Positions 46,712-58,600 of a DNA stretch of 64,000 nucleotides are shown here, one piece after another (position 1 is the stretch's first letter; the number at the start of each line of letters is the position of its first letter). Under the pieces are notes generated by a model, which was given only the letters and a program-made list of their open reading frames with translations, ran no database searches and was not told the origin of the DNA. The stretch is taken from assembly GCA_040285855.1 (NCBI GenBank), contig JAUFOQ010000016.1, forward strand, positions 1,922,001 through 1,986,000, given 5' to 3'. This stretch comes from Eukaryota sp. GEM-RC1. Its lineage: Eukaryota. The position numbers and the translations under genes were made by a program.

Positions 46712-47799
46712 CATAGTTCAGATATACAGGGGTTTTGAGTTTTAATGGCAATGATTGTTGCTTTAATGATATTGAGTTCTAGTATTAGTGTTAATTTCAG
46801 TGTTTTTTTTGGTTCCACTATAGTTGTTATATACACAGGTTGGATTTTTCATATACTGGATAAACACAAATATACATATACATTTGTGTATACTGTGATA
46901 TACACTAAGTAACAATTGTATATACAGTTCATACACACATACATCAACAAATACATGTATACAAAATACTTTATTCAACAACAAGTCTAATCATCAGCCA
47001 TAAAACGTTTAACAGTCTTTTTTGTATTCTTTCTTCTGTTTACACCTACTTCTTTGGACACAGATGCCATGATCACGTCCTCCTACATTTCCGAAGAGAA
47101 ACCCACTTACCGCAATCTCTTCAGTTTCGTCTTCAACATTGATTTTTGGCACATCATCAAACGCTTGGCTTAAGTCAAATAAATATTTACAAGAACTGAG
47201 GTTAATAAGTGAAATATCATTTGGAAATCGATCAACAAATTCAAAAATGAATTTTTTTCCGCCCCCTAAAAAGCAGATTCACAAAGAATTGACGATTTGG
47301 TAAATCAATACCACCAAAATGAGCAGAAGTAAACAAGTGACTTCTAAGTAACGTTGAATCAACTTTTAACACTGAAGCAAAAAAATAATCCTCAACTCGT
47401 TAAAAGATCTCCAAAAGTTCAGAGCGATTGAAGGAGCTGTAGATCTCAAAAGATGTGGGATTTTTGCGAAGCAACAAATTTTTAAAATAGAAAACTTAAT
47501 ATGTTTTTCAATATTATATGAGGAAATTTTGTTCAGTTCTGGGAGTATTTAGTCTATCCCATTTCAATTGGTCATCACTTATTTGCTTAATGACCTGAAT
47601 CTTTGTTCTTGACAATGGACTAATACAGTCTGGTCACCCAGTAGACCCTGACAAGTTCATAAACCTTTGTGTAACATGTAAATGAACTCATATACAAATA
47701 TACACCATTAACCAACATCTTGAGCATTTTTATGTACACTGTATATACAGATTTTCTGTATATACAGTATATTATGTGTATATGTAGATCTGAACTATG
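46712..47799. mobile_element. P-superfamily-like DNA transposon derivative (1088 bp)
   Basis: 17-bp TIR CATAGTTCAGATMTACA, perfect 8-bp TSD AATGAAAC, subterminal TGTATATAC repeats; superfamily inferred from CATAG termini and a decayed GGIDLP..F segment. Confidence 0.8.
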
Positions 47800-48224
47800 A
47801 ATGAAACTATAAAAACTAAGAGCAAATAAATATAATAAAGATCAAAACCATGACCCATCACTAATCAGAGTGGGTATGTTAATATTCTTCTGAATGACCT
47901 GCATGCAGAACCGTTTCAACAGTGTCCAGCAGTTTCTATGTAGAGAAGAAAAAATTGACGTCTTAAAAGTGTACACTGCAAACGATGACGATGATCAACA
48001 CAATACGGTTTTTGAAGTTGTCTTAGCAGGATTTTCATACTTGATTATTAAAAACAATAAGGTTGTACCACTTTCAGCTGTTGTTCTGTATCCGACCCAG
48101 TCAATTCTCTTCTTTCAAGTAGTAATGCAACAGAGAATGGCTCAGTTGTTACAGAACTCATGAAAATGATCAAGAATGCTTTGATGTTTCGATTTATGGG
48201 GTATGAAAATAAGTATTGCATATT

Positions 48225-48367
48225 CTCACTACGGAAACATTTACCGTAAATAATTTCCGTACTTTTACATTTACTGTTATTTACGGATACCGAGTATAGT
48301 GCCGTACCGTAATTTACGGTGGTGTACGGTAAATAGTGTACGGTACGCTACTTTTTGTACATCACTG
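48225..48367. mobile_element. Solo hAT-like terminus
   Basis: Ends TGTACATCACTG with dense TACGG/CCGTA subterminal repeats; partner end not found. Confidence 0.45.
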
Positions 48368-48511
48368 GTTCAGTATTTGTAGATGAAAAACAACAACAAC
48401 AAAAAACTAACGTTAATGAAGCACTAGACACCGAAATTGCCTGATCAATGGTACCACATACATACCATGTGATTTTGACAAGAATTTCTTTTACCTACAA
48501 AAGCCCAACAA

Positions 48512-49169
48512 ATGCCTTCTTCAAAACGTGCCCGTGTCATCTCTCTTACCAAGACGGATAAAAAAGGTAAGCAACAAAAGGACCTCCTTATTACCCGTAT
48601 CCGTGAGATTCTTCCTACTTACAAAACTGTTTTTGGCTTTCGTGTCACTAATATGCGCAATGTTCTCGTTAAGGAACTACGTCGCGAATGGAATGATTCT
48701 GTTTTCATCTTTGGACGGAATAAAGTTGTCCAATTTGCTCTAGGAACTGCTCCAGAGACTGAAATTGCAGAAAACATCAGACATCTTGCTAAACTAGTAG
48801 AAGGATCTTGTGGCCTTCTCCTTACCAATCGTCCTTTAAGTGAAGTCACTTCGTTCTTTGATAACTACTCGGTCCCTGAGTACGCTCGTTCAGGTTACGT
48901 TCCCGATGAAGAATTTACTGTTCCCGCTGGTTCACTGGATCAATTTTCCCACACACAAGAACCTTTCCTTCGCTCCCTTGGACTACCTACGGAGATGAAG
49001 AACGGTATCATTCACTGCCGAACGCCGTTCTTAGTTGCATCGCCAGGAACACCACTTACTCCGGAAATGGCCAACGTTCTGGAAACAATTTGGTGTAAAA
49101 TTAGCTCGGTTTGAGGTTAAGCTGTTTGCTAGATGGTCGGAGGGTGACTTTACTTTAATGAATGAGTAG
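48512..49169 (+). CDS. MRT4: Ribosome assembly factor Mrt4; probable extra G at about 49081
   Basis: MPSSKRARVISLTKT, NMRN, FGRNKV; correction gives LKQFGVKLARFEVKL. Confidence 0.93.
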
Positions 49170-49542
49170 TGTATGTTTTGTTTTCAATATCACTAGCACT
49201 TAGTCCTTTTTATTAGTTATTTTTTTAGTATTATATAGTTAAATATTTCTGTATTGTCTTACGATACTTCAATTAATCGTCACTTTTCAAATGGAATTTT
49301 ATGGCACATTCTTGATCTTTCTGAGACTATATTGACCAGTGGTGAAAATTCTACGATAATCCATTGCAACTCATTGTAGGGCACGTAACACGTAACACAT
49401 TGCCTCACGAGTATCCATGTGTTACACGGAGTACGTTTTGCCACACCTTGTGTTTACGTCAGAGGCGTGGAACAATATATTATATTTAGTGTAATATATA
49501 TCTAATTATTAATTTATTGTTCTGTCAGTTACCAACAATATA

Positions 49543-49599
49543 CAGTCTTCCCCCGGTTTATGTCCACCTCTTAATCTGGACATAAGCCGAGGAAGACTG
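49543..49599. mobile_element. 57-bp Tc1/pogo-type MITE
   Basis: TA|CAGTCTTCCCCCGGTTTATGTCCA...TGGACATAAGCCGAGGAAGACTG|TA. Confidence 0.8.
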
Positions 49600-50357
49600 T
49601 ACTTCTTGTTGGTTGAAACACCAATCAGTATACAAAGAGACGGTTCAAAATACCCTTTACTTGACATGATGTGTGCTTCCTAATACGACAGGAACTCTCT
49701 GCACTCTGTTGTTGTGCAAACTATATTACTGCTATGAAGCATCTATGTCGAACTTTGTTCACTACACATTCTATTGAGCTCCTTTAGGAAGCTGACGAGT
49801 CCAATTAACATACGACGGTTCATGATAACTGTTAGTCAAGAAGTAGAAATAGAAACTAAATTGAACTAAAGAATATCTATTGTTTTTGACAACAATAACA
49901 ATATATCCATTTCTGTTAACTACTAGTAGAATACCAATAACAAATTAATTTCATCCAAAACACTAAAAAAATGTATACATTCACACTCCTGGTTTGCGTA
50001 CCCTACTGTAATTTGTAAAAACTGTTCTGTACGCGATTTAAACGTAACAAGTGTCATGTAAGAACTTTTGTGTACTGGATCCAGTGAAACCGAAACAAGA
50101 TGAAGTATTTATTATCGTCGTTGCGTACCCGTGTTCCGATACTAAGGCAGTGTTTTTTGGAGTACGTGATGTCGATTTGGAATTATTTGTTTCGAATTAC
50201 TAGTAGATAAAACGTCATTAAGATATGATGAATCCAATTTTGGATGATGATGAAGTGATACTGAAGTCACTGGCACAGTAGAATCTTGTTTGAGGGTGCA
50301 ATTGAAGTGCAATTTTTGAAAACCGGGATTAGGCAAAAAGCTCTTCCTTAATCCTCA

Positions 50358-51419
50358 ATGTCAGGTTCGCAACGACAATCTTCATCGCTGTTTTTTATCA
50401 GTGTGGCTGGTGTCTACATTTCATATCTTTTCTTTGGAATCTTCCAAGAGCATATAACCAAATCTCCCTTCCATGATGACCAATACTTCCAGTTCTACAC
50501 TTTCCTTGTTCTAGTACTGTGTTTCTTCAACTGTGTGATATCTCGGGTTTGCATAGCAGTCGTTAAAGGTTACAGCGCACAGTTGAGACACATGCCTAAA
50601 CTTCCTTATTTCAAAATCTCTGTGTCATACATCTCTGCGATGTTAGCATCAAACATATCACTCTTCTGGTTACCATATCCTTCTCAGGTTCTCTTGAAAA
50701 GTTGCAAAATGATTCCAGTTCTTCTTGCAGGAGTTTTCATCAGAAAAGTCAAATACCCTATCCTAAAATATGTCTCAGTTGGTCTTCTTACTCTTGGTAT
50801 CGTGTCTTTCATGCTCTCAGGCAAATCTTCTGGAGCAGCCATGTCCAATCAAGTCGTGTGGCCAGGTATTGTTCTTGGATTCATTTCTCTTACATTTGAT
50901 GGACTTACTTCTGCTCTCCAAGATTCCGTGGTTGCTAAGTACAAGTGTACTGCCTTTATCATTATGTACTTGACAAACTTCTTTGGTGTGTTCATCATGG
51001 GTTTTGTGTGTTTATTCTCAAACGAGTTTTTCCCAGCAATTTCGTTCATTCATAAGAATCCTGAATTACTTCTTTTTCTCATAGGTATAGGTGTTTTTTC
51101 AGCAGTTGGTCAGTCTTGTATTTATATGTTGATCTCTCGGCATTCTTCTCTTGTCTGCGCCACAGTGACAACAACTAGAAAGTTCTTCACACTTTTGATT
51201 TCTGTAGCTTTGTTTGATAACGCTCTGTTACCACAACAGTGGCTTTCTGTAGGATGTGTTTTTGGGGGTATTCTGCTGGAAAAACTGGCAAAGGTGTATC
51301 AGAAAAGGAAAAAGCTTCACACCTTCCAAAGTAATGATTCGTTTAATTCTAATTTTTCTAATTTTCCCATTTCAAATGAAACCTCCAAATCTAAGTTTAG
51401 AAAAGTCACTCTTGTGTAG
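50358..51419 (+). CDS. SLC35B1: SLC35B1/HUT1-type nucleotide-sugar transporter (UAA family)
   Basis: YPSQVLLKSCKMIPV, SLTFDGLT, TVTTTRKFFT; about 10 hydrophobic segments. Confidence 0.9.
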   Translation: MSGSQRQSSSLFFISVAGVYISYLFFGIFQEHITKSPFHDDQYFQFYTFLVLVLCFFNCVISRVCIAVVKGYSAQLRHMPKLPYFKISVSYISAMLASNISLFWLPYPSQVLLKSCKMIPVLLAGVFIRKVKYPILKYVSVGLLTLGIVSFMLSGKSSGAAMSNQVVWPGIVLGFISLTFDGLTSALQDSVVAKYKCTAFIIMYLTNFFGVFIMGFVCLFSNEFFPAISFIHKNPELLLFLIGIGVFSAVGQSCIYMLISRHSSLVCATVTTTRKFFTLLISVALFDNALLPQQWLSVGCVFGGILLEKLAKVYQKRKKLHTFQSNDSFNSNFSNFPISNETSKSKFRKVTLV

Positions 51420-51489
51420 ATTTGTTTTTCGTTTATTGCAGATTATATCTGTTTTCATATTTATTGCCAATATATTTGGATTTATTTAA

Positions 51490-54400
51490 TTAATTATCAC
51501 AATCAAGGTGTACAACCCTACTCGATCCTTTACAATTATAAACACCAATAATTCTTGAGCAATGTTCGTACATTTGTTCTCGAAGTGACACTACTAGAAC
51601 TTGTCTTGGCATTAAAGACGACTTTGTTAATGTATGAAACACTTTCTGTACTCTTCCAACTGCTAGAGTATCCAAGGCAGCGTCTACTTCATCAGCAATC
51701 AAAATGGGAGTGGGGAATGCTAGTGATAGTGACAGACTTACCGCAAGTGCTGAAACTGATTGTTGGCCTCCAGAAAGTCTTTCAAAATCAGTCCACCGGT
51801 CAGCAGGCATTTTAACAGAAATTGATATACCTGTATGATCCAAAATTGAGTTGTTTGCTGCAAGCTCTAATCGCAAACTTCCACCATTTGTCAGAGGGAG
51901 AAATAGTCGTGATAAATGCCTATTCAACAACGCCACAGTAGTTGTGAGAAGATTAAACCTTGTTGATGACAGTCGCTCAATATTTGCCTGCAAAACTGCC
52001 TTGTGGTTATTCGATGATTCCATTGTCCTCTGCAGAGCTGAGAGTTTTTGAGAAGCAGTGATATAAGCTTCTAATGCCTTTTGTCCACTTGAGTGCCAAG
52101 ATTGAGAAGCACAGCTTCTTGCATTTGAACTTGCTCAAAAAGCTTATCTGCGTCTTCGTGTTTCTTGTTCTTTAACTGTTTAGTCAGTTTGTGTAATAGC
52201 TTCTTATTATCATTTGATAATTTAACGGATCCAACACTGTTAGAGGTTTGAGTCAATTGATCATTAATACGACTGATCTCTTCTCCCAACTTATCTAACT
52301 CAAACTGTTGAATTTGAATCAAACGACCCTTGGTTGTCAATTGTTTTTGTGTTTCAATAACACTTTCACTGATCTTAGTAAATCTTGACTTCTTATTGGA
52401 TAATGATTCCTCAAGATCACTAATCTCCTGTTCAGCTTCTTTTAATTGATCTGTCATGTTTGTGAGATCTTCACGTAGTTGAGTGCACTCCTGTTGCAGT
52501 GTTGTTTTTCTGTCTTTTAATGATGATAATTCGTTTGAACACTTATCCAAGGCAGTTAATCCATCAGCTAAAGAGCTCTTTAAGGACGACATTTGAGACT
52601 CCAGTTCATTTTTTTCCATTGAAACTTTTCTCTTATCTTGTAACAATGATTGTGCAGTAATTTTGAGGTCAATATATCTGTTCCAATCAGGGTCCATCTC
52701 TGAAGAAAGTAACGTCTCCAATGAGCTCTGGAGGTCAACTTCAGTTTTAATCAATCTTTCAATTTCGTTATCCATAGAATACGAGTCTTTGGCGTAATTG
52801 TTCAGTGATATAGATATAGAATTTTGTCGTTCGACTGCTTCTTTAATTGATGATTTTAAAACGGTCAACTGGTTTTGGACAATCAAAAGATCAGAGTGCA
52901 AGACTTCTAATTTTGTAGAAAGGTCTGAGACATGTGTTTGATTCAATTTAATTTGATTTTCAAGTTGGTCGAGATTCACAGTTTCGAAGGAATCAGATGA
53001 TCTTTCAACATGGTGATTCACAGTAAATTGAGATCCATAGATGTTCGATTTTGAAATCTCTCCATTCGGTTTAAAAATTGTTCCATTGTGAGATACCACA
53101 GTGAAATTCTTCATTTTTTTACTCACCATTTTTGCTTCATCAATTGTGTCTACAACAATAATGTTGGATCCTTTTCTTTCAATCAAAGCATGTAGCCCAT
53201 CTAGCATTGGTCTTGAAGCACCACTTCCTTGAAGCATATCACTGACCACACTATAACCATTAGTCTTGTTAGAATTAGTAGATCCTACAGAAAGAATTTC
53301 ACAATTCACTGAAAGCAGTCGTTGACTTTTAGCATACCGAATAAAGTTCGATCCAGCACTTCTATCACTGACAACAACAGTGTTGTTACGAAAGGTGTGT
53401 GATAAGGCACAATTGATTGCTTTGGAATACTTTGAGTACTCCTTTTGATTCTGATCAAATCCCATGTGACACCAATAACTTTATCATCACGTGATGATTG
53501 CCTGTATTCATCAACTAACGATTTTAGAACTGAAGCAGACTCTTGTTCTGGAAACATTTTGTTTTAGTTGGATTTGCAAATGATACATATTTCGTAATTG
53601 ACTGACTGACTGTTTCTTAAGTTCCAGTTCAACTTTGAGTTCGTTGATTTGATTCTTGAGTAGACTCTCGTTCAGCAGTATTTTCTGTTGGTCAGTCTGT
53701 AAAGATTTGAGTTGATTTCTGACGGAAATGAGCTCACTTGACACCGACTTTGTCTCTAAGCTCATAGCAGTCTGTTCCTTTTTCAATGACGTCAGAGTCG
53801 ACCTAGTGGATTGAAGATTGTCTTCGTAGAGTTTTCGTCTATTAGCTGTCGTAACCGCCACTTGTATTTGATTACGTTCTTCGATACTTTTTGATTGTAA
53901 AATAGACAACAATTGGGCTTCAATTTCTTTCTCCTTTTGATTCATCACTGAAATATCATTGTCGACTTGTACCAAGGCGGTACCATTTGCTTCTATCTGC
54001 AGGTTGAGTTTTTCAATATTTCCCTGTATGGAGGTTTTCATTCTTTTTGAGTTTTAATGGAACCTGTACACTGTTTGAGCTGAGTCTGCAACTGTGTTAG
54101 AGAAACTTCTTGTTTAATTGTAGATGAACTGAGTGTGTTTTTCATTGACTTTTTTTCTTGAATTTCTTTCTGCAATCGGTCAATTTTGGGTTGAATTTTG
54201 GATTTCAAAGATTCTTGCTTGTTGATTGTCTTTTCTAATACATCAAATTCATCTCTCAGCTTCATCAAATTTGATTGACACTTTTCTGATTCCATTTGTT
54301 TTTTGGAAAGTTGCAATTGGAACTGTTCAATCATTATCCTATTTCGGAGTTCTCTTAAATTACTGACTTCATTTTCAAGTGATTTGAATTCCTTGTAAAT

Positions 54401-55367
54401 TTTATAACTTTGTTCTGTTTCTTGTATAATTGAAGTAAGTTGGTCCTGGTCATCATTGCATTTGACAAGGTCTTCCTCCACTTTTACTAGATCTGACACT
54501 AATTCTTTCTGAAACTCCATCAAGGGGGCAATTCCAGCAATTTTTTCGACAAGATTCATAAACCCCACTGGTGAATACCGAACCAATGCAATGGTGTCTT
54601 GCTGTCTGCAGATCCAACGTTCAGGAACTGAGATATCTAATCCAACCTGTTTAAATAATTCTGCGGTTTCTTCAGTGGTAATTTTTTTCGAATCAGCATA
54701 AGAAAATGCTCCATTACTTGGATGACAAACACTGTAACTACTTGATCCGTTATTGATTTGGCGGCCAATTGAAACAACAGGTTCATGAGTCTGACGATGA
54801 CAAAATTCAATGTAAACTGAAACTGGTTTACGAATTCCATTAAAGCTGAGGTCTTTTAGCTTGGAAGTTCTAAGTGATGCAGACTTGTATCCACACACAA
54901 AGCAAATGGCTTCTATAATGTTGGATTTTCCTGGAGTTAGTGTCTTTGATTGTTACATACCAGAACCATTAACACCCACGATACAGTTAAGTGATGGAAG
55001 GAGACTGATTACTTGTGGAACCTTGTGGGAGTAGGACTTGAAACCAACTATGATGATATTGGAAAGGTAATAGTAGGAGTCAACTGGGGAGGTGATGGAG
55101 AGATTTGTATGGTTGATGATAGCTGAAGTAGATTCTGTGATAGAGTCTGTGGTTTCGGGAGAATCATCTTGAGAGAGTTCGTCAGCGTTGTTGGTAACTT
55201 GAGGGGGAATGTGGATCCAGTTCGTCAAAGAAGTCACTGTCATTGTCTGAAGAAGAAGATGAGTATTTTGGATCACGAGAAGGTTTCTTTGGACTGACAT
55301 CAGGTACAGCAGCTGACGATGTGCGTTTTTTTGAACGTAACGAATAGGTACGCTTTTGTTGTGACAT
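51490..55367 (-). CDS. Divergent SMC1/SMC4-class ATPase (about 1280 aa); one intron, five probable indels
   Basis: GFKSY, GVNGSG|KSN, LSGGQQ, IADEVDAALD, VVSLR, IIGVY; long coiled coils and a degenerate hinge. Confidence 0.85.
54931..54960 (-). other. 30-nt intron within Walker A of the divergent SMC
   Basis: GTATGTAACAATCAAAGACACTAACTCCAG; phase 1, restores NGSGKSN. Confidence 0.92.
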
Positions 55368-55610
55368 TCACGGAAGTGCCGGCAAAACTGGATTTTCTCA
55401 TTTGCTTTCATTTCTGGTTTCCATGGTCAATATGTTGTTTGTTCTGATATCGGTCATCTCAATCATGAAGTTCTATAGAACGTATCAGGAACTGACGATA
55501 CGATATGACTTTCAAAAGAGATACCAACCGACACCCTTCAAGTGTTGATCAATAATCATACAACGTTTATTTTATGTTTTGTTGCAAAGTGACAGTTTCT
55601 TACAAAAAGA

Positions 55611-58600
55611 CTATCCTTGCATATTCTCCTCCACTTGTTCATGTCCAGTCAGCAGCTTTAGAGGATCAAAGACAACTGATTGGGTCATATCGCTAATCTT
55701 ATAAATTCCAACTAATCTGTCTGCTTTCTCAAACATGTTATTTCTTAAGGAAATCACAATAAACTGTGCGTCTCGCGTCTTCTTTGTTAAATAAGCAGCA
55801 ATAATTCCAACATTTTTGAAATCCAAAGCAGCGTCGATCTCATCAAGCACGTAGATGGGGTTCTTCTTAAAAGCATGAAGAGCAAATATCAGCGACAATG
55901 ACGATAAAGTCTTTTCTCCTCCAGACAAATTTGAAATATTCTTCCACGACTTCCGTGGTGGTCGTACACTAAACACTATTCCTTCAGAAAACGGATCCAG
56001 CGAATCTACTAACTCTAGTTCAGCATCACCTCCAAAGGTCACCATTTGATAAATCTCTCGTAATGTGTGGCAAATATCAGTAAATCCAGTCATGAACTTA
56101 ATCAAACGTTGCTTCTTAAGAGATTCTAGACGTGTAGACAGTGAATTGCGATGCTCTGAGGCATTAACATACTCTTGATGATAACCTTGAGTTTCTTTTA
56201 CTGCTGATTTAAACTCATTTAACACACGAATGTCGATCTTTGATTCCTCCAATAGAGCACGATTCTTTTGGATATCAATTGTAAGTACATTTTCCAGCTT
56301 CTTTAACTCCTTTGCAGTAGCCTCTGGAGAAACAGTCTCAATTTGTTCAGGGATTTGTTCATTGGAATACATTGAATCACGAGCTTCACGGAAATCAGCT
56401 TCGAATGCACTCATTTTTGATTGAATCTTCCTGATAGTGCTGATTGTAATCTCAATTTGACTAACAATATTGTTGACCTCCCTTTCGATTTCCTTGACTG
56501 CTCGTTGATGATCATCAAGTTGCTCCTCAATTACTTCAAACTCGGCCTGTAGTTGAGCCAAGTTAGCCTTCTTAAGATCATACTGGGCAGAATGGATTTC
56601 TAATTCTTCGACAATTTTAAGAATTTGGGCTTTGATATCCTTACCTTGAGTAACAACAGAATTCAAATTTTCAGATAACTCGTCAATCTTACGTGATGAT
56701 TCTTGAGATTCTTGGGTTTTCCTATTGACCTGGTCTTGAAGGTTTTCAATTCCAACAACAATCAAAGTCTTTTGGTTTTTGGAATCTTGAAGTTCAGTAT
56801 TTAACATCTCATAAACTTCCTTAAAATCATCAAGATTCTGACCTGCACGTGATTTGATTGTTCGTTCCAAATCACTTATAACTTTCTTATCAGAAATCAT
56901 TGACTGTTCAACTTCATTAATCATATTCTCTCTATCAGTTATCAACTGTCTGATTCGGGCAATTTCTTTTCCAGAGTTTTAATCTCCCCATTCTCACTTT
57001 TCTTAGCTTTGTACATCTTCTCCAAATCCACAACATAACTTTGTAATGAAGTCAACTCAGGTTCGAGTTCCTTGTTCTCTGAAACAGTTGCAGCTAGAGT
57101 CCTCTCGATTTGGTCAAATTCAAGAGTCTTAGCATCAAAATCAGCAGATAAATCCTCCAGTTCTCTAGTAATTTTGTAAAGATCTTCTTCCATAACCGCC
57201 ACTTCTTCAGCTGAGACACCTTCAGATTGGGATGATCCTATACGAATCCTCTTCTTCTGTCCCCCACCACACATGGCTCCAGAGGTCTCAATCAAATCCC
57301 CACTGAGAGTAACAACCCTTCGGTAGGGCTTACTACCAAAGGCTACTGATCTAGCAACTTCTAGGTCCTCACAGACGAGTGTGTTCTTCAAGGCAAAGAA
57401 GAAAGCCAGCCGGAGGTCGTCACTGCAAGTTACAAGGTCAACAAGACGTAGAGCATTAGGATGAGCATCGGACTTACCCTTTTGTAAAGTTTTAGTTGAT
57501 TCTGAATCTTTTCGAGGACAATAAAAGTGGTTCGACCAGCATTGTTTTGTCGAAGATAATCTAGACTGCTCTCAGCATTAGCGACAGTATCAACAACAAT
57601 AAAGTCTAAAGCTGGCGCGGCGACAGAACAAGCAAGTTGGTACTTGGCATCAATACTTCCGAGATCACCTAATCTTCCGTAGATTCCAGACAATAGTTGC
57701 TTCTGTTGACCTTGAAGTAGAGCACTTACGACAGCACTGTGTGACTTCTGTTGATGTTGCATATCCTTCACGCGAGAGAGCTCAGCAGTCAAATCATCGA
57801 CTTTTAATTGTTTTGATTGCAATTTGGACTGAAGTTTTGAAATTTCAGAAGATAATGATTGTTTTTGCTTCGACAAATGAGTGATTTTAGCAGTGTTCTC
57901 CTTTAGAGACAGTTTGATATTCTTGATTGAACTCTGGGTGACCTGTCCCTTCTTAGAAATTTCATCAAAACTTGACTGTAGAGAACTGATTTTGGACTCC
58001 AAGGTAGAAATTTCAGTATAATAATTCTTCATCTCACCCTGCAACCTCAAAATCTCTCCAGTTTTAGGTGCAATAACTTCCTTTTCAAGGCCAGCTCATT
58101 GATCACGTCACCAGCATTATTTCTGAGCTCTTCCATCACGTTATCTTCCTCTTCCTTGGCTGCTTCTAACAACGCCATCTTCTCCTCAATTTTAAAAGTA
58201 TACTTCTCTAATTGTTTTTGGTGCTTCTGAATTAATTCATTGGATTTTCTAATTTCCAAGTCACATCCCGTAACAACCTCTTGAAGAGAACTCAGCTTTT
58301 GCTTGATATTTCCTTTCTTTTCTTTTAACACAGCTCGTTCTTTCTCCAGTTCGTTCAGCTGAGACTGATACTTACCTACCTCATCAGCAAGACTATTAAC
58401 TATTGACCGCAGAGAATCAAACTCATGTTGGACTTGTTGCTGTTTAACCTTCAGTACTTCGACTTCATTTGAATCATTTCTAGTATTCAACAAATGAGCA
58501 TCGAGATCATTCTTACGACGTTCTAATTCAGCTAGATCAGAATTAGCTCGAATAAGAGAAACCTGGAGTTTCTGATGTTCAGACTCTGCAAGGTTGATAC

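Noticed and set aside
46418..46984. Short ORFs in 46.4-47.0 kb and similar ones at 25.9-27.1 kb and 32.6-32.9 kb
   Set aside because: Low-complexity translations of transposon subterminal repeats
57423..57477. Apparent GTAAGT...TGCAG intron in SMC4
   Set aside because: Removal would delete the conserved hinge segment RLVDLV; it lacks the -7 A and is longer than the real introns; one missing A explains the shift
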